DNA of 64,000 nt from Balanoglossus misakiensis (taxonomy: Eukaryota; Animalia; Hemichordata): contig CM082590.2 of assembly GCA_040954595.2 (NCBI GenBank), positions 5,704,001-5,768,000 on the forward strand, given 5' to 3'. This document shows, one piece after another, positions 14,083 to 26,579 of this stretch. The notes below the pieces were generated by a model, which ran no database searches, was not told where the DNA came from, and worked only from the letters and a program-made list of their open reading frames with translations. Position 1 is the first letter of the stretch. Each line of letters starts with the position of its first letter. The translations under genes and the position numbers were made by a program.

Positions 14083-17065
14083 GTAGCTTTATAGTTCATC
14101 CCCAAGATTTCTCCAATATAATCCAAAAGAATGTTTGGATGCTGTCATACAGTATTATAGTCATTTACATCCAAACCAGTTCTAAAACTCAAATTCAAGA
14201 TTGTTTACAATGTTTGTTACTCATGAACTTTGACCTCAAGTTGACACATGTAGTAAATCAGTGGAGACAATCTGACCAAAAAATTAATTTTAATTGCCTT
14301 ATCTAGTCCACCCCTATGAAGCCTGCTTGTCCAGGCAATAAAGCCATATACCTGAGCTGAGCATTGCCATATTTTGAAGCAACAAGTTATAGAGTCGTAG
14401 ATAGATAAAGTCCATTTTGACCTCGTTGTATCAAATAAAGAAGATTGCTGGACAGACTTTAAAACTGCCTTTGCTGTTTTGGCCAAGTTTTGTGTACTTA
14501 ACTGTGCAAAGTTATTTCTGTTCAGCTCGCGTCTTCGGTGCCACCAGCTCACATAGATGAGGTGCCTTCGTGCCTGGGGAGAGATGATTGCTGATAGTCT
14601 TTAATTGGGCTCCGGGAATGTGGGCTAATTGTTCTGATTGACTCAATAAGTCTACAATTAATGTGGATTAATTAAATGTTGACAGAATGAAGAGTGCAGA
14701 TATGAAGTCAAGTTTGGCCCACAAAACTTCAGTTATGTATTTTGACTATCATTGAAAAAGCAAATTAATGAACTTGACATTGCATTAGTAAAATTTAAAA
14801 TAGTCATTACTATCACAGGAATGTCTCCAAAAGCTGACATGAAAACATGGAATGAGAATTGTGTAATATTTACAATTCCATTGACATCAGCGGGCATGGG
14901 TCAAAATATTTCCATTCCACGTAGGTGAAGATTCTTTCAACCCTGCCAAAGGAAATAAAATGTTGCTAATGTTTTACACAGCAGACTAAATGGCAGGTTT
15001 GAATGATGTAATTATAAATAAAACAGAACAGAAATAAAAAATATTGAATGGAAGATGCAATCATACAAATTGATCAGCACAATTATTGGTATATGCATAT
15101 TAGTGTTCCTTGCTAGATGCTCTGCTCACAATGGATATATTTTTTGTTTGTGTGTTCACAAAGTTTCTTTGCGTGCAGTCAATTACACATGCACTGAACC
15201 TCAAAAGTTGTCATTTTCTGCAACAATTAAACCATAATATTTAATGCAAACAATTATGGAATAATTACATGTAATTCATTTGTACTTTTATTTTCCTTGG
15301 TGTGGATTCGAAACCCAGTCAGTATCTCATTTTCTGTTCCACACAGAAACAAACTTTCAGCCTCATTTGACCATCAAGCTCCAGTCTATGTACATGTATT
15401 AGTCCCACCATGAACGACGTCCATAATCGCACGTATCTCTTCTTGTACGTGGAAGCGACAGGTCCACTTTGAGCATTACACCCTGACTGTATTGTCCATG
15501 TCGTTGCTCGATACCACACAGATAAGATAAATCAACATGAATCGTTAAAAGTTTAAGCTTGGACCTACTATCCCTATGTATAGCTGAGTGCCAATTACTG
15601 TTAGCAACAATGTTATTTTGTGATAATTATTGAGTTAAGCAAGATGTCACTCAAAGGAGTGGGTGTGGCTGCCGCGATGTTATGATGTTATACACATATT
15701 AATCAAAGATGTCGCTTTGGTTGAAAAACACAATTTGTTCCAACACGTTCTTGTCTCAATTAAAACTAGATCGCCGCATTTGGATGATACCAAGAGGTGA
15801 CTGTCCAATCAGAGTTTTTTTTTGGCCAGAGTGGAAGATACATGTGTCATCTCTCTGATAATTTATCCCCAAAGTTGCTATAGACTCCCCTCTTACGGGT
15901 TCTACGGGCAGAACGTAAAATTGTAAACTGTGCAAATTAGTATGCATTTGTCTTTTCCCATGAAGGATTACGTTGAGAATCGCTAGAAAAACTCACTTCT
16001 ACTATTGGCAGTTTCACGAAATTATACACATAGTCAGTCAAGTAAAAAAAAATTCATTGGTCAAATAAAATCGTGTGGTCATCACGCTCTATTTTGTGAA
16101 AAACTTTATTAAATGTTTTGCCCATAGACAAACCATTGGTGAAAAATACTGAATCATTCACAGCCTTGTATTTCAAGAGCAGGTGCGGTGGATCCCATAT
16201 TTTATCACAAATTGTTTTTTATGCTTATAAAGGAGAAACCAAAAAATGTACAATTAAGAGAAACAACAATTTCAATTTTACTGAACATACATCCTCAGCC
16301 CAGGAGGAAAAAATAAATTGTTCATTGGAATCGCCGCTTCTACTTTGGCTGATTTGGAAAAAGTTGTTTTGGATCTCGGCAAATTTTACTTCCGCGTTAC
16401 AAAATTCTTAGTACTGCCGCTGGTGGCCAGAATATGTTGTGCAAACACCAAATGTAAATGTAATGGCCTATGTTATTGTTGGGAAATATAGCATTGAATT
16501 CAGTTATAAGTACATGTATCAGTGTTTTTGTCTGATATATTTCTGGTTAAAAAGGGAAACAATTATCTCGCCTTGTCTGCATCTGTGCAAATATGCCACA
16601 GAACTGCATTTACCTTCAGCCTAAAAAAAATAAAAAATAAAATATTCGCTCGCCGCTCCTGGAACTTGGTCCAAAAAATCCGATAAACAAGAGTTTTATT
16701 CTCTCTGGCCTCAACACAATTTTTTTAAAGACAGGTATGGTAACAGGCTTTCAGCATCTTTGCCATCGTCGATGTTTGGCCATCACTCAAGATCATGAAA
16801 AAAAATCGTTTAGAATGGAGAACCCTCAGAAACCTCTTAAAATGTTGTGTGTTTATCTGTGTGATACCATGAGGCACTCGATGATATGGTCAGGGCATTG
16901 TGGCCATAGGGGACTGTGCCTGTCCTTTCTGATAAGGGCTACATCACAAACAAAGAGAAAATTGTTTCTCGTTATCTTTGACAGCATGGGCAAATCAAAT
17001 TCTCAAGCTCTTTCCAAACCCAACATGAAAATTTACCATCTATATTCAAGTGTATATATTATATT

Positions 17066-18850
17066 GTAACCTCAATTTGATATTGGCAATTAAATACAAC
17101 TAAAATTTTAGGGCTTGGAAATCCCTGAGACTACTTTAATTATAACTTCTTATTAATTAAGTCAAAATTTATGTCAGAGAAAAGTTACCCCTAACAATAG
17201 ATTTGTCAAAATATGTGAATGCCATGTGTATATATTATGTAACCTCAATTGGATATTGGCAATTAAATACAAATAAAATTTTATGGCTTGGAAATCCCCG
17301 AGAATACTCAAATTATAACTTCTAATTAATTAAGTCAAAATTTATGTCAGAGAAAAGTTACCCCTAACAATAGATTTGTCAAAATATGTGAATGCCATGT
17401 GTATATATTATGTCACCTCAATTGGATATTGGCAATTAAATACAAATAAAATTTTATGGCTTGGAAATCCCCGAGAATACTCAAATTATAACTTCTAATT
17501 AATTCAGTCAAACTTTTTGTCAGAGAAAAGTTACACATACCCCTAACAATAGATTTGTCAAAATATGTGAACGCCATGTGTATATATTATGTCACCTCAA
17601 TTGGATATTGGCAATTATATTATACCAGTATATTGATGGTGTAAATCACGCTATTTGATTGGTAGGGACACGACACGTGACCGTGATATATTAGCCATAT
17701 ACCACAGTAATATATCCTAGTCAAAGAAAATGCCTTTTTAAAATGTTTTATGCAAAGTTTCAATATACTGGCATAATATAATAGCAATAAAACACCCCCA
17801 GCCATGGTATACCTGTCCACTCGATTTTGACCAGTTCAACTCCATATACGCACTCGCTATCGCTCGTGCGTATATGTCGTGAACTGGTCAAAATCTCGTG
17901 ATATACCATGGCTGGGGGTGTTTTATTGCTTAATTAAAAACAACTAAAATTTTAGGGCTTGGAAATCCCTGAGAATACTCCAATTATAACTTCTAATTAA
18001 TTAAGTCAAAATTTATGTCAGAGAAAAGTTACACCTACCCCTAACAATAGATATGTCAAAATATGTGAATGCCATGTGTATATATTATGTAACCTCAATT
18101 GGATATTGACAATTAAATACAACGAAAGTTTTATGGCTTGGAAATCCCCGAGAATACTCCAATTATAACTTCTAATTAATTAAGTCAAAATTTATGTCAG
18201 AGAAAAGTTACACCTACCCCTAACAATAGATATGTCAAAATATGTGAATGCCATGTGTATATATTATGTAACCTCTATTGGATATTGGCAATTAAATACA
18301 AGTAAAATTTTAGGGCTTGGAAATCCCAGAGAATACTCCAATTATAACTTGTAATTAATTAAGTCAAAATTTATGTCAGAGAAAAGTTACACCTACCCCT
18401 AACAATAGATTTGTCAAAATATGTGAATGCCATGTGTATATATTATGTAACCTCAATTGGATATTGGCAATTAAATACAACTAAAATTTTAGGGCTTGGA
18501 AATCCCCGAGAATACTTCAATTATAACTTCTAATTAATTAAGTCAAAATTTATGTCAGAGAAAAGTTACACCTACCCCTAACAATAGATATGTCAAAATA
18601 TGTGAATGCCATGTGTATATATTATGTAACCTAAATTGGACATTGGCAATTAAATACAACTAAAATTTTAGGGCTTGGAAATCCCTGAGAATACTCCAAT
18701 TATAACTTCTAATTAATTAAGTGAAAATTTATGTCAAAGAAATGTTACACCTACCCCTAACAATAGATTTGTCAAAATATGTGAATGCCATGTGTATATT
18801 TTATGTAACCTCAATTGGATATTGGCAATTAAATACAACTAAAATTTTGA
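17066..18850. repeat. Satellite C array, macro-unit 2 (~8 copies, interrupted at 17618-17931)
   Basis: Same 179-bp monomer. The first two copies carry a 7-bp deletion (GTTACCCCTAAC). Confidence 0.96.
17618..17931. mobile_element. Non-autonomous element with a 148-bp terminal hairpin (possibly Crypton-like/tyrosine-recombinase-mobilised)
   Basis: It interrupts a satellite C monomer, and neighbouring monomers give the empty site; AATTA lies on both sides. The hairpin runs 17783-17930 (AGCAATAAAACACCCCCAGCCATGGTATA ... TATACCATGGCTGGGGGTGTTTTATTGCT). A second inverted-repeat pair sits at 17621-17636/17760-17775. The family assignment is inference. Confidence 0.8.
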
Positions 18851-20155
18851 AGCTTTATAGTTCATCCCGAGATTTCTCCGATATAATCCAATAAATTTTT
18901 TGGATGCTTTCATACAGTATTATAGTCATTTACATCCAAACCAGTTCTAAAACTCAAATTCAAGATTGTTTACAATGTTTGTTACTCATGAACTTTTGAC
19001 CTCAAGTTGAAACATGTAGTAAATCAATGGAGACAATCTGACCAAAAAATTAATTTTAATTGCCTCATCTAGTCCACCCCTATGAAGCCTGCTTGTCCAG
19101 GCAATAAAGCCATATACCTGAGCTGAGCATTGCCATATTTTGAAGCAGCTAGTTATAGAGTCGTAGATAGATATAGTCCATTTTGACCTTGTTGTATGAA
19201 ACAAAGAAGATTGCTGGACAGACTTTAAAACTGCCTTTGTTGTTTTGGCCAAGTTTTGTGTACTTAACTGTGCAAAGTTATTTCTGTTTAGCTCGCATCT
19301 TCAGTGCCCCCAGCTCACATAGATGAGGTGCCTTCGTGCCTGGGGAGAGATGATTGCTGATAGTCTAAAGCTTGGGCTCCGGGAATGTGGGCTAATTGCT
19401 CTGACTGACTCGATAACTCTACAATTAATGTGGATTAATTAAATGTTGACAGAATGAAGAGTGCAGATATGAAATCAAGTTTGGCCCACAAAACTTCAGT
19501 TATGTATTTTGACTATCTTTGAAAAAGCAAATTAATTAACTTGACATTGCATTAGTAAAGTTTCAAATATTCATTACTATCACATGAATGTCTCCAAAAG
19601 CTGACATGAAAACATGGAATGAGAATTGTGTAATATTTATAATTCCATTGACATCGGCGGGCATGGGTGAAAATATTTCCATTCCACGTAGGTGAAGATT
19701 TTTTCAACTCTGCCAAAGGAAATAAAATGTTGCTAATGTTTTACACAGCAGACTAAATGGCAGGTTTGAATGACGTAATTATCAAACAGAACAGAAACAA
19801 AAAAATATTGAATGGAAGATGCAATCATACAAATTGATCGGCACAATTATTGGTATATGCATATTAGTGTTCATTGCTAGATGCACTGCTCACAATGGAT
19901 ATATTTTTTGTTTGTGTGTTCACAAAGTTTCTTTGCATGCAGTCAATTACACACAGCACTGAACCTCAAAAGTTGTCATTTTCTGCAACAATTAAACCAT
20001 AATATTTAATGCAAACAATTATGGAATAATTACACGTAATTCATTTGTACTTTTATTTTCATTGGTGTTGATTTGAAACCCAGTCAGTATCTCATTTTCT
20101 GTTCCACACAGAAACAAACGTTCAGCCTCATTTGATCATCAAGCTCCAGTCTATG

Positions 20156-20179
20156 CACAGGGAACTTAGTAATTTTGTT

Positions 20180-20218
<39 letters not shown>

Positions 20219-21001
20219 AAGATTGGTAATAAAATGTTTAAAAAAATCAATGTTCATTTCTTGCTATGTTTGTCGATGTTGTAGATAACTGTAAAAAAAA
20301 CCCAACCATAATCGTGGAAAACACGACCTAGGTCGCCGAATGTCACTACCGTCTTACATACAGGCTGCCTCGGCCACCCGATTGTTTATTGCTCAACTCG
20401 TACGAGTACGTGTAACTGCGTTCAAAATAACGCGAAAAAAAGGAGGCGAAACCTTAAGAGTCATACAGATAAATGGATACTTCCCAACTCTTTGTCATAA
20501 AATCTACCATTTTACGTCTTGAATACAGTGCAGTCGATAGTCAGAACGTACACTTCCGGGTGTTGCTTTACAGGGCGCCCGATTGGTCAATTTAAATAGG
20601 CAGAGAAAACGGAGCCATCACCATCGGGCGCGTGATTCAAATGTGATTGAATTTGACTGGGTACGACTTGGAAATCGCCGTTTTTCCACTCGTTTGCAGG
20701 TCGATAGATGAAGTGAAGCCCAAATTAGGTCAGTGAGATAAATTTCAATGCCTATGGTGGCATAATTTAATCGCTCGCTGGTGAATGGGGTGATTTTTCA
20801 GGGCCTTGAAGGTGGCCCATGAGCCTAGATCCAGGGCATGTGGATTCCACCCTTGCCTGTATGTAAGACGGTAGTGACATTCGGCGACCTAGGTCGTGTT
20901 TTCCACGATTATGGTTGGGTTTTTTTTACAGTTATCTACAACATCGACAAACATAGCAAGAAATGAACATTGATTTTTTTAAACATTTTATTACCAATCT
21001 T

Positions 21002-21043
<42 letters not shown>

Positions 21044-21067
21044 AACAAAATTACTAAGTTCCCTGTG
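20156..21067. mobile_element. Foldback-type non-autonomous DNA transposon (P/Galileo-like): ~210-bp TIRs, 7-bp TSD
   Basis: TIRs are 20156-20365 and 20855-21067, beginning CACAGGGAAC and ending GTTCCCTGTG. The TSD GTCTATG is at 20149-20155 and 21068-21074. The empty site CCAGTCTATGTACATG is seen in the other X copies (~9285, 15381, 32523). Confidence 0.93.
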
Positions 21068-22433
21068 GTCTATGTACATGTATTAGTCCCACCTTGAACG
21101 ACGTCCATAATCGCACGTATCTCTTCTTGTACGTGGAAGCGATTAGTTCCACTTTGAGCGTTACACCCTGACTGTATTGTCCATGTCGTCGCTCGATACC
21201 ACACAGATAAGATAAATCAACATGAATCGTTAAAAGTTTAATCTTGGACCTACTATCCCTATGTATAGCTGAGTGCCAATTACTGTTGGCAACAATGTTA
21301 TTTTGAGATAATTATTGAGTTAACCAAGATGTCACTCAAAGGAGTGGGTGTGGCTGCCGTGGTGTTGTGATGTTATACGCATATTAATCAAAGATGTCTC
21401 TTTGGTCCAAAAACACAATTTGTTCCAACACGTTCTTGTCTCAATTAAAAGTCGATCGCCGCATTTGGATGATACCAAGAGGTGACGGTACGATTAGATT
21501 TTTTTTTGGCCAGAGTGGAAGATACCTGTGTTGTCTCTGATAATTTATCCCCAAAGTTGCTATAGACTCCCCTCTTAAGGATGTACGTGCAGAACGTTTG
21601 GATGATACCAAGAGGTGACGGTACGATTAGATTTTTTTTTGGCCAGAGTGGAAGAAACCTATGTTCTCTCTGATAATTTATCCCCAAAGTTGCTATAGAC
21701 TCCCCTCTTACGGGTTCTACGTGCAGAACGTAAAAATGTAAACTGTGCAAATTAGTATGCATTTGTCTTTTCCCATGAAGGATTACATTGAGAATCGCTA
21801 GAAAAACTCACTTCTACTATTGTCAGTTTCATGAAATTATACACATAGTCAGTCAAGTAAAAATAAATTCATTAGTCAAATAAAATTCTACTTTAGCTGA
21901 TTTGGAATGTTTTTTTTTTTTTTTTTGGATCTCGGCAAATTCTACTTCCGCGTTACACAATTCTCAGTACTGGCACTGGTGGCCAGTATATGTTGTGCAA
22001 ACACAAACTGTAAATGTATATTACCTATGTTATTGTTGGGAAATATAGTATTGAATTCAGTTACAAGTACATGTATCAGTGTTTTTGTCTGAGATATTTC
22101 TGGTAAAAAGGGAAACAATTATCTCGCCTTGTCTGCATCTGTGCAAATATGCCAGAGAACCGCATTTACCTTCAGCCTAAAAAAAAATTAAAAAAAATAT
22201 TCGCTCGCTGCTTCTGGAACTAGGTCCAAAAAATCCGATAAACAAGAGTTTTATTCTCTCTGGCCTCAACACAATTTTTTTAAAGACAGGTATGGTAACA
22301 GGCTTTCAGCATCTTTGCTATCGTCGATGTTTGGCCATCTGTAAAGATCATGAAAAAAAAAGTTTAGAATCTGAGTACCCTCGGAAACCTCTTAAAAGTT
22401 TGTGTGTTTATCTGTGTGATACCATGAGGCGAT

Positions 22434-22762
22434 CGATGATATGGTCAGGGCATTGTGGCCAAAGGGGACTGTTCCTGTCCTGATGATATGGTCAGGGCAT
22501 TGTGGCCAAAGGGGACTGTACCTGTACTGATGATATGGTCAGGGCATTGTGGCCATAGGGGACTGTACCTGTACTGATGATATGGTCAGGGCATTGTGGC
22601 CAAAGGGGACTGTACCTGTACTGATGATATGGTCAGGGCATTGTGGCCATAGGGGACTGTACCTGTACTGATGATATGGTCAGGGCATTGTGGCCATAGA
22701 GGACTGTACCTGTCCTGATGATATGGTCAGGGCATTGTGGCCATAGGGGACTGTACCTGTCC
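22434..22762. repeat. 47-bp minisatellite (7 copies) within segment Y of macro-unit 3
   Basis: TGATGATATGGTCAGGGCATTGTGGCCA(T/A)AGGGGACTGTACCTGT(A/C)C repeats in tandem. The five Y segments hold 1, 1, 7, 3 and 2 copies. Confidence 0.95.
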
Positions 22763-23549
22763 TTTCTGATAAGGGCTAAATCACAAAACAAAGAGAAAAT
22801 TGTTTCTTGTTATCTTTGACTGCATGGGCAAATCAAATGCTCAAGCTCTTTCCAAGCCCAACATGAAAATTTACCATCTATATTCAAGTGTATATATTAT
22901 ATTGTAACCTCAATTTGATATTGGCAATTAAATACAACTAAAATTTTAGGGCTTGGAAATCCCTGAGACTACTTTAATTATAACTTCTTATTAATTAAGT
23001 CAGAATTTATGTCATAGAAAAGTTATCGGCACTTTTCTCGCACACCTCACGCTTTAGTTTTCTTATAGCCATTCCGTAAAGTGGTGACATAATATATACA
23101 CATGGCATTCACATATTTTGACAAATCTCTTGTTAGGGGTAGGTGTAGACACATACACACCACCTCACAGACGTAAACACTTGTCATATCATCACGCGTA
23201 CGCCTCGGCGATGAGGAGACTGTTGTTTGTCCTGTGTGACGGTTTGTGTGTTTCCCCTTTCTTTTCTCTTCTTCGAGTCAACTTATTTTCACACTATGTT
23301 TTTTTTAAGATTACCCAGACTCCTCTTGCAAAATCTCTCACTTTTTTTTTTGGAGCGCATTTCTCACTCAATTTTTTTTTCGGCGCATGCGCATACGCTA
23401 TTCTTTCAAATGCGTCCGGGTTATTTTTCAAGTTGTTAAAGACTATTATTTATTTTTACAACTGAATGCTCGTTTTTTTAAACACGCTTGTTTTATTTTT
23501 TGGATGACAAATATACCATTTTTTACAACTTGGATCTGCCTGAATATTT

Positions 23550-24420
23550 TGGGTGACAAATGTGCCTATATATTTTTTTTCAAATTTTATATCGTGTTTT
23601 TTTTTTTCAAATTGCCTGTTTTTTTGGGTGACAAATGTTCCTATTATTTTTTATTTTTTTTTTTGCAAATTGCTCTGCGTTTTTTTTTCAAATTGCCTGT
23701 TGTTTTGGGTGACAAATGTTCCTATATTTTTTTTTTTGCAAATTGCTCTGCGTTTTTTTTTTCAAATTGCCTGTTTTTTTTGGGTGACAAATGTTCCTAT
23801 ATTTTTTTTTTTTGCAAATTGCTCTGCGTTTTTTTTTTCAAATTGCCTGTTTTTTTTTGGGTGACAAATGTTCCTATATATTTTTTTTTTTGCAAATTGC
23901 TCTGCGTTTTTTTTTTCAAATTGCCTGTTTTTTTTTGGGTGACAAATGTTCCTATATATTTTTTTTTTTGCAAATTGCTCTGCGTTTTTTTTTTCAAATT
24001 GCCTGTTTTTTTGGGTGACAAATGTTCCTATATTTTTTTTTTTTTGCAAATTGCTCTGCGTTTTTTTTTTTCAAATTGCCTGGTTTTTTTTGGGTGACAA
24101 ATGTTCCTATATTTTTTTTTTTTGCAAATTGCTCTGCGTTTTTTTTTTCAAATTGCCTGTGTTTTTTTTTTCAAATTGCCTGTTTTTTTGGGTGACAAAT
24201 GTTCCTATTTTTTTTTTTTTGCAAATTGCTCTGCGTTTTTTTTTTCAAATTGCCTGTTTTTTTTGGGTGACAAATGTTCCTATATTTTTTTTTTGCAAAT
24301 TGCTCTGCTTTTTTTTTTTTTTTTTTGCAAATTGCCTGTTTTTTTGGGGTGACAAATGTTCCTATTTTTTTTTTTTTTTGCAAATTGCTGTTTTTTTTTT
24401 TTTCAAATTGCCTGGTTTTT
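23550..24420. repeat. ~65-bp T-rich tandem repeat fading into noisy sequence on both sides (possibly artefactual)
   Basis: GGGTGACAAATGTTCCTATA-Tn-GCAAATTGCTCTGCG-Tn-CAAATTGCCTG-Tn repeats about 13 times, with erratic homopolymer lengths. Confidence 0.8.
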
Positions 24421-25075
24421 TTTTCGGGGGATTAAAAATGTGCTTATTTTTCCAACCTCAGTGCATCTGCGTTTTTTTTAAGTGGCCCGTTAGTTTTGGG
24501 GTGACGTGAGTGCGGGTTTTTTTTTCGGTGACAAATATCTCCGTTTTTTATGGCTAACATGTTTGTGTTTTTTCTATGTTTGCCTGTGTTGTTTGTTCTG
24601 GGGGTGTGCATTTTTTTCAAGTTGTAGTCTCTTTTTTGTTTTTCAAAGAGTGTTCTTTTTACTACTTTGTGTGTGTTTTTTGTGGGGGTGAAGTGTGCGT
24701 TTTTCGTGGAAAATGTGCGCGTGGTTTTTTTGTGACAAATAAGTGATTTTTTTTTGCAACTGCCTTGTGGACGTTTTTTTTGGTCAGCTTGGTGGGTTTT
24801 TTTTGACAACAGGTGAGATTTTCTTCTGTATGTGTTAGTTTTTTTTTGTTTTTTTTTTTGTTTTTTTTACTCCACGATGGATTACTTTTTACACTCGTTG
24901 TTTTTTAAACCACCAATCAGTTTTTTGTGTTTTTACGTATTTTTTTTGGTTAAAAGACATCAATTTTCTATAAAATAATGATAAATAATTTTGAAACACT
25001 TGGCGCGCCGTAGTGGGAGATACCTGTGTTCTCTCTGATAATTTATCCCCAAATTTGATATAGATTCCCCTCTTA

Positions 25076-25316
25076 GGCTGCATTCACAAACACCTCTGAG
25101 GGGGGGGGGGGCGGGCAGGAGAATTAGAAAATTTTGTAAAATAAAGGGCGCGAAACTGCATTTTTGTGGACTCAAAATAAATATTTAGTCGTCAAAGTTT
25201 TCAAGTCCCCCCTTTCAGTCCATAAATTATTTCAAATCCCCCCCTTACATACCCTCAATTTTTTCAAATCCCCCCTCAATTCTCCCCCCCCTCCAGAGGT
25301 GTTTGTGAATGCAGCC
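25076..25316. mobile_element. PIF/Harbinger (Tourist-like) MITE, 241 bp
   Basis: TIR GGCTGCATTCACAAACACCTCTG / CAGAGGTGTTTGTGAATGCAGCC. TSD TTA at 25073-25075 and 25317-25319. The empty site CCCTCTTAAGGATCTACG is at ~32847. Confidence 0.93.
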
Positions 25317-26302
25317 TTAAGGATCTACGTGCAGAACATAAAAATAAAAACTGTGCAAATTAGTATGCATTTGTCTTTTCCCATGAAGGATTACATTGAG
25401 AATCGCTAGAAAAACTCAATTCTACTATTGGCAGTGTCACGAAATTATACACATAGTCAGTCAAGTAAAAATAAATTCATTGGTCAAATAAAATTGTGTG
25501 GTCACCACGCTCTATTTTGTGAAAAACTTTATTAAATGTTTTGCCCATAGACAAACCATTGGTGAAAAATGCTGAATCATTCACAGCCTTGTATTTCAAG
25601 AGCAAGTGCGGTGATTCCCATATTTTATCACAGATTTTATTTTATGCTTATAAAGGAGAAACCAAAAATGTACAATTAAGAGAAATAACAATTTCAATTT
25701 TACTGAACATACATCCTCAGGCCAGGAGGAAAAAACAAATTGTTCATTGGAATCGCCGCTTCTACTTTGGCTGATTTGGAAAAATTTTTTTTGGATCTCG
25801 GCAAATTCTACTTCCGCGTTACAAAATTCTTAGTACTGCCGCTGGTGGCCAGAATATGTTGTGCAAACACCAAATGTAAATGTAATTGCCAATGTTATTA
25901 ATGGGAAATATAGCATTGAATTCAGTTATAAGTACATGTATCAGTGTTTTTGTCTGATATATTTCTGGTTAAAAAGGGAAACAATTATCTCGCCCTGTCT
26001 GCATCTTTGCAAATATGCCAGAGAACCGCATTTACCTTCAGCCTAAAAAAAATAAAAAGTAAAATATTCGCTCGCCGCTCCTGGAACTTGGTCCAAAAAA
26101 TCCGATGAACAAGATTTCTTCTCTCTCTGGCCTCAACACAATTTTTTTAAAGACAGGTATGGTAACAGGCTTTCAGCATCTTTGCCATCGTCGACGTTTG
26201 GCCATCTCTTAAGATCATGAAAAAAAAAAAGTTTAGAATCTGAGTACCCTCAGAAACCTCTTAAAATGTTGTGTGTTTATCTGTGTGATACCATGAGGCG
26301 AT

Positions 26303-26443
26303 CGATGATATGGTCAGGGCATTGTGGCCATAGGGGACTGTACCTGTCCTGATGATATGGTCAGGGCATTGTGGCCATAGAGGACTGTACCTGTCCTGAT
26401 GATATGGTCAGGGCATTGTGGCCATAGGGGACTGTACCTGTCC
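26303..26443. repeat. 47-bp minisatellite, 3 copies (macro-unit 4)
   Basis: Same monomer as 22434-22762. Confidence 0.9.
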
Positions 26444-26579
26444 TTTCTGATAAGGGCTACATCACAAACAAAGAGAAAATTGTTTCTCGTTATCTTTGAC
26501 AGCATGGGCAAATCAAATTCTCAAGCTCTTTCCAAACCCAACATGAAAATTTAGCATCTATATTCAAGTGTACATATTA

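Noticed and set aside
14217-14552. Recurrent minus-strand ORFs in Z (also 18986, 31209) and X (15319, 32461)
   Set aside because: Recurrence reflects DNA identity among macro-units. Starts and ends differ, and I recognise no domain.
23387-24809. Phe-rich / Lys-rich ORFs up to 236 aa
   Set aside because: Homopolymer-driven open frames in a T-rich repeat that may be artefactual.
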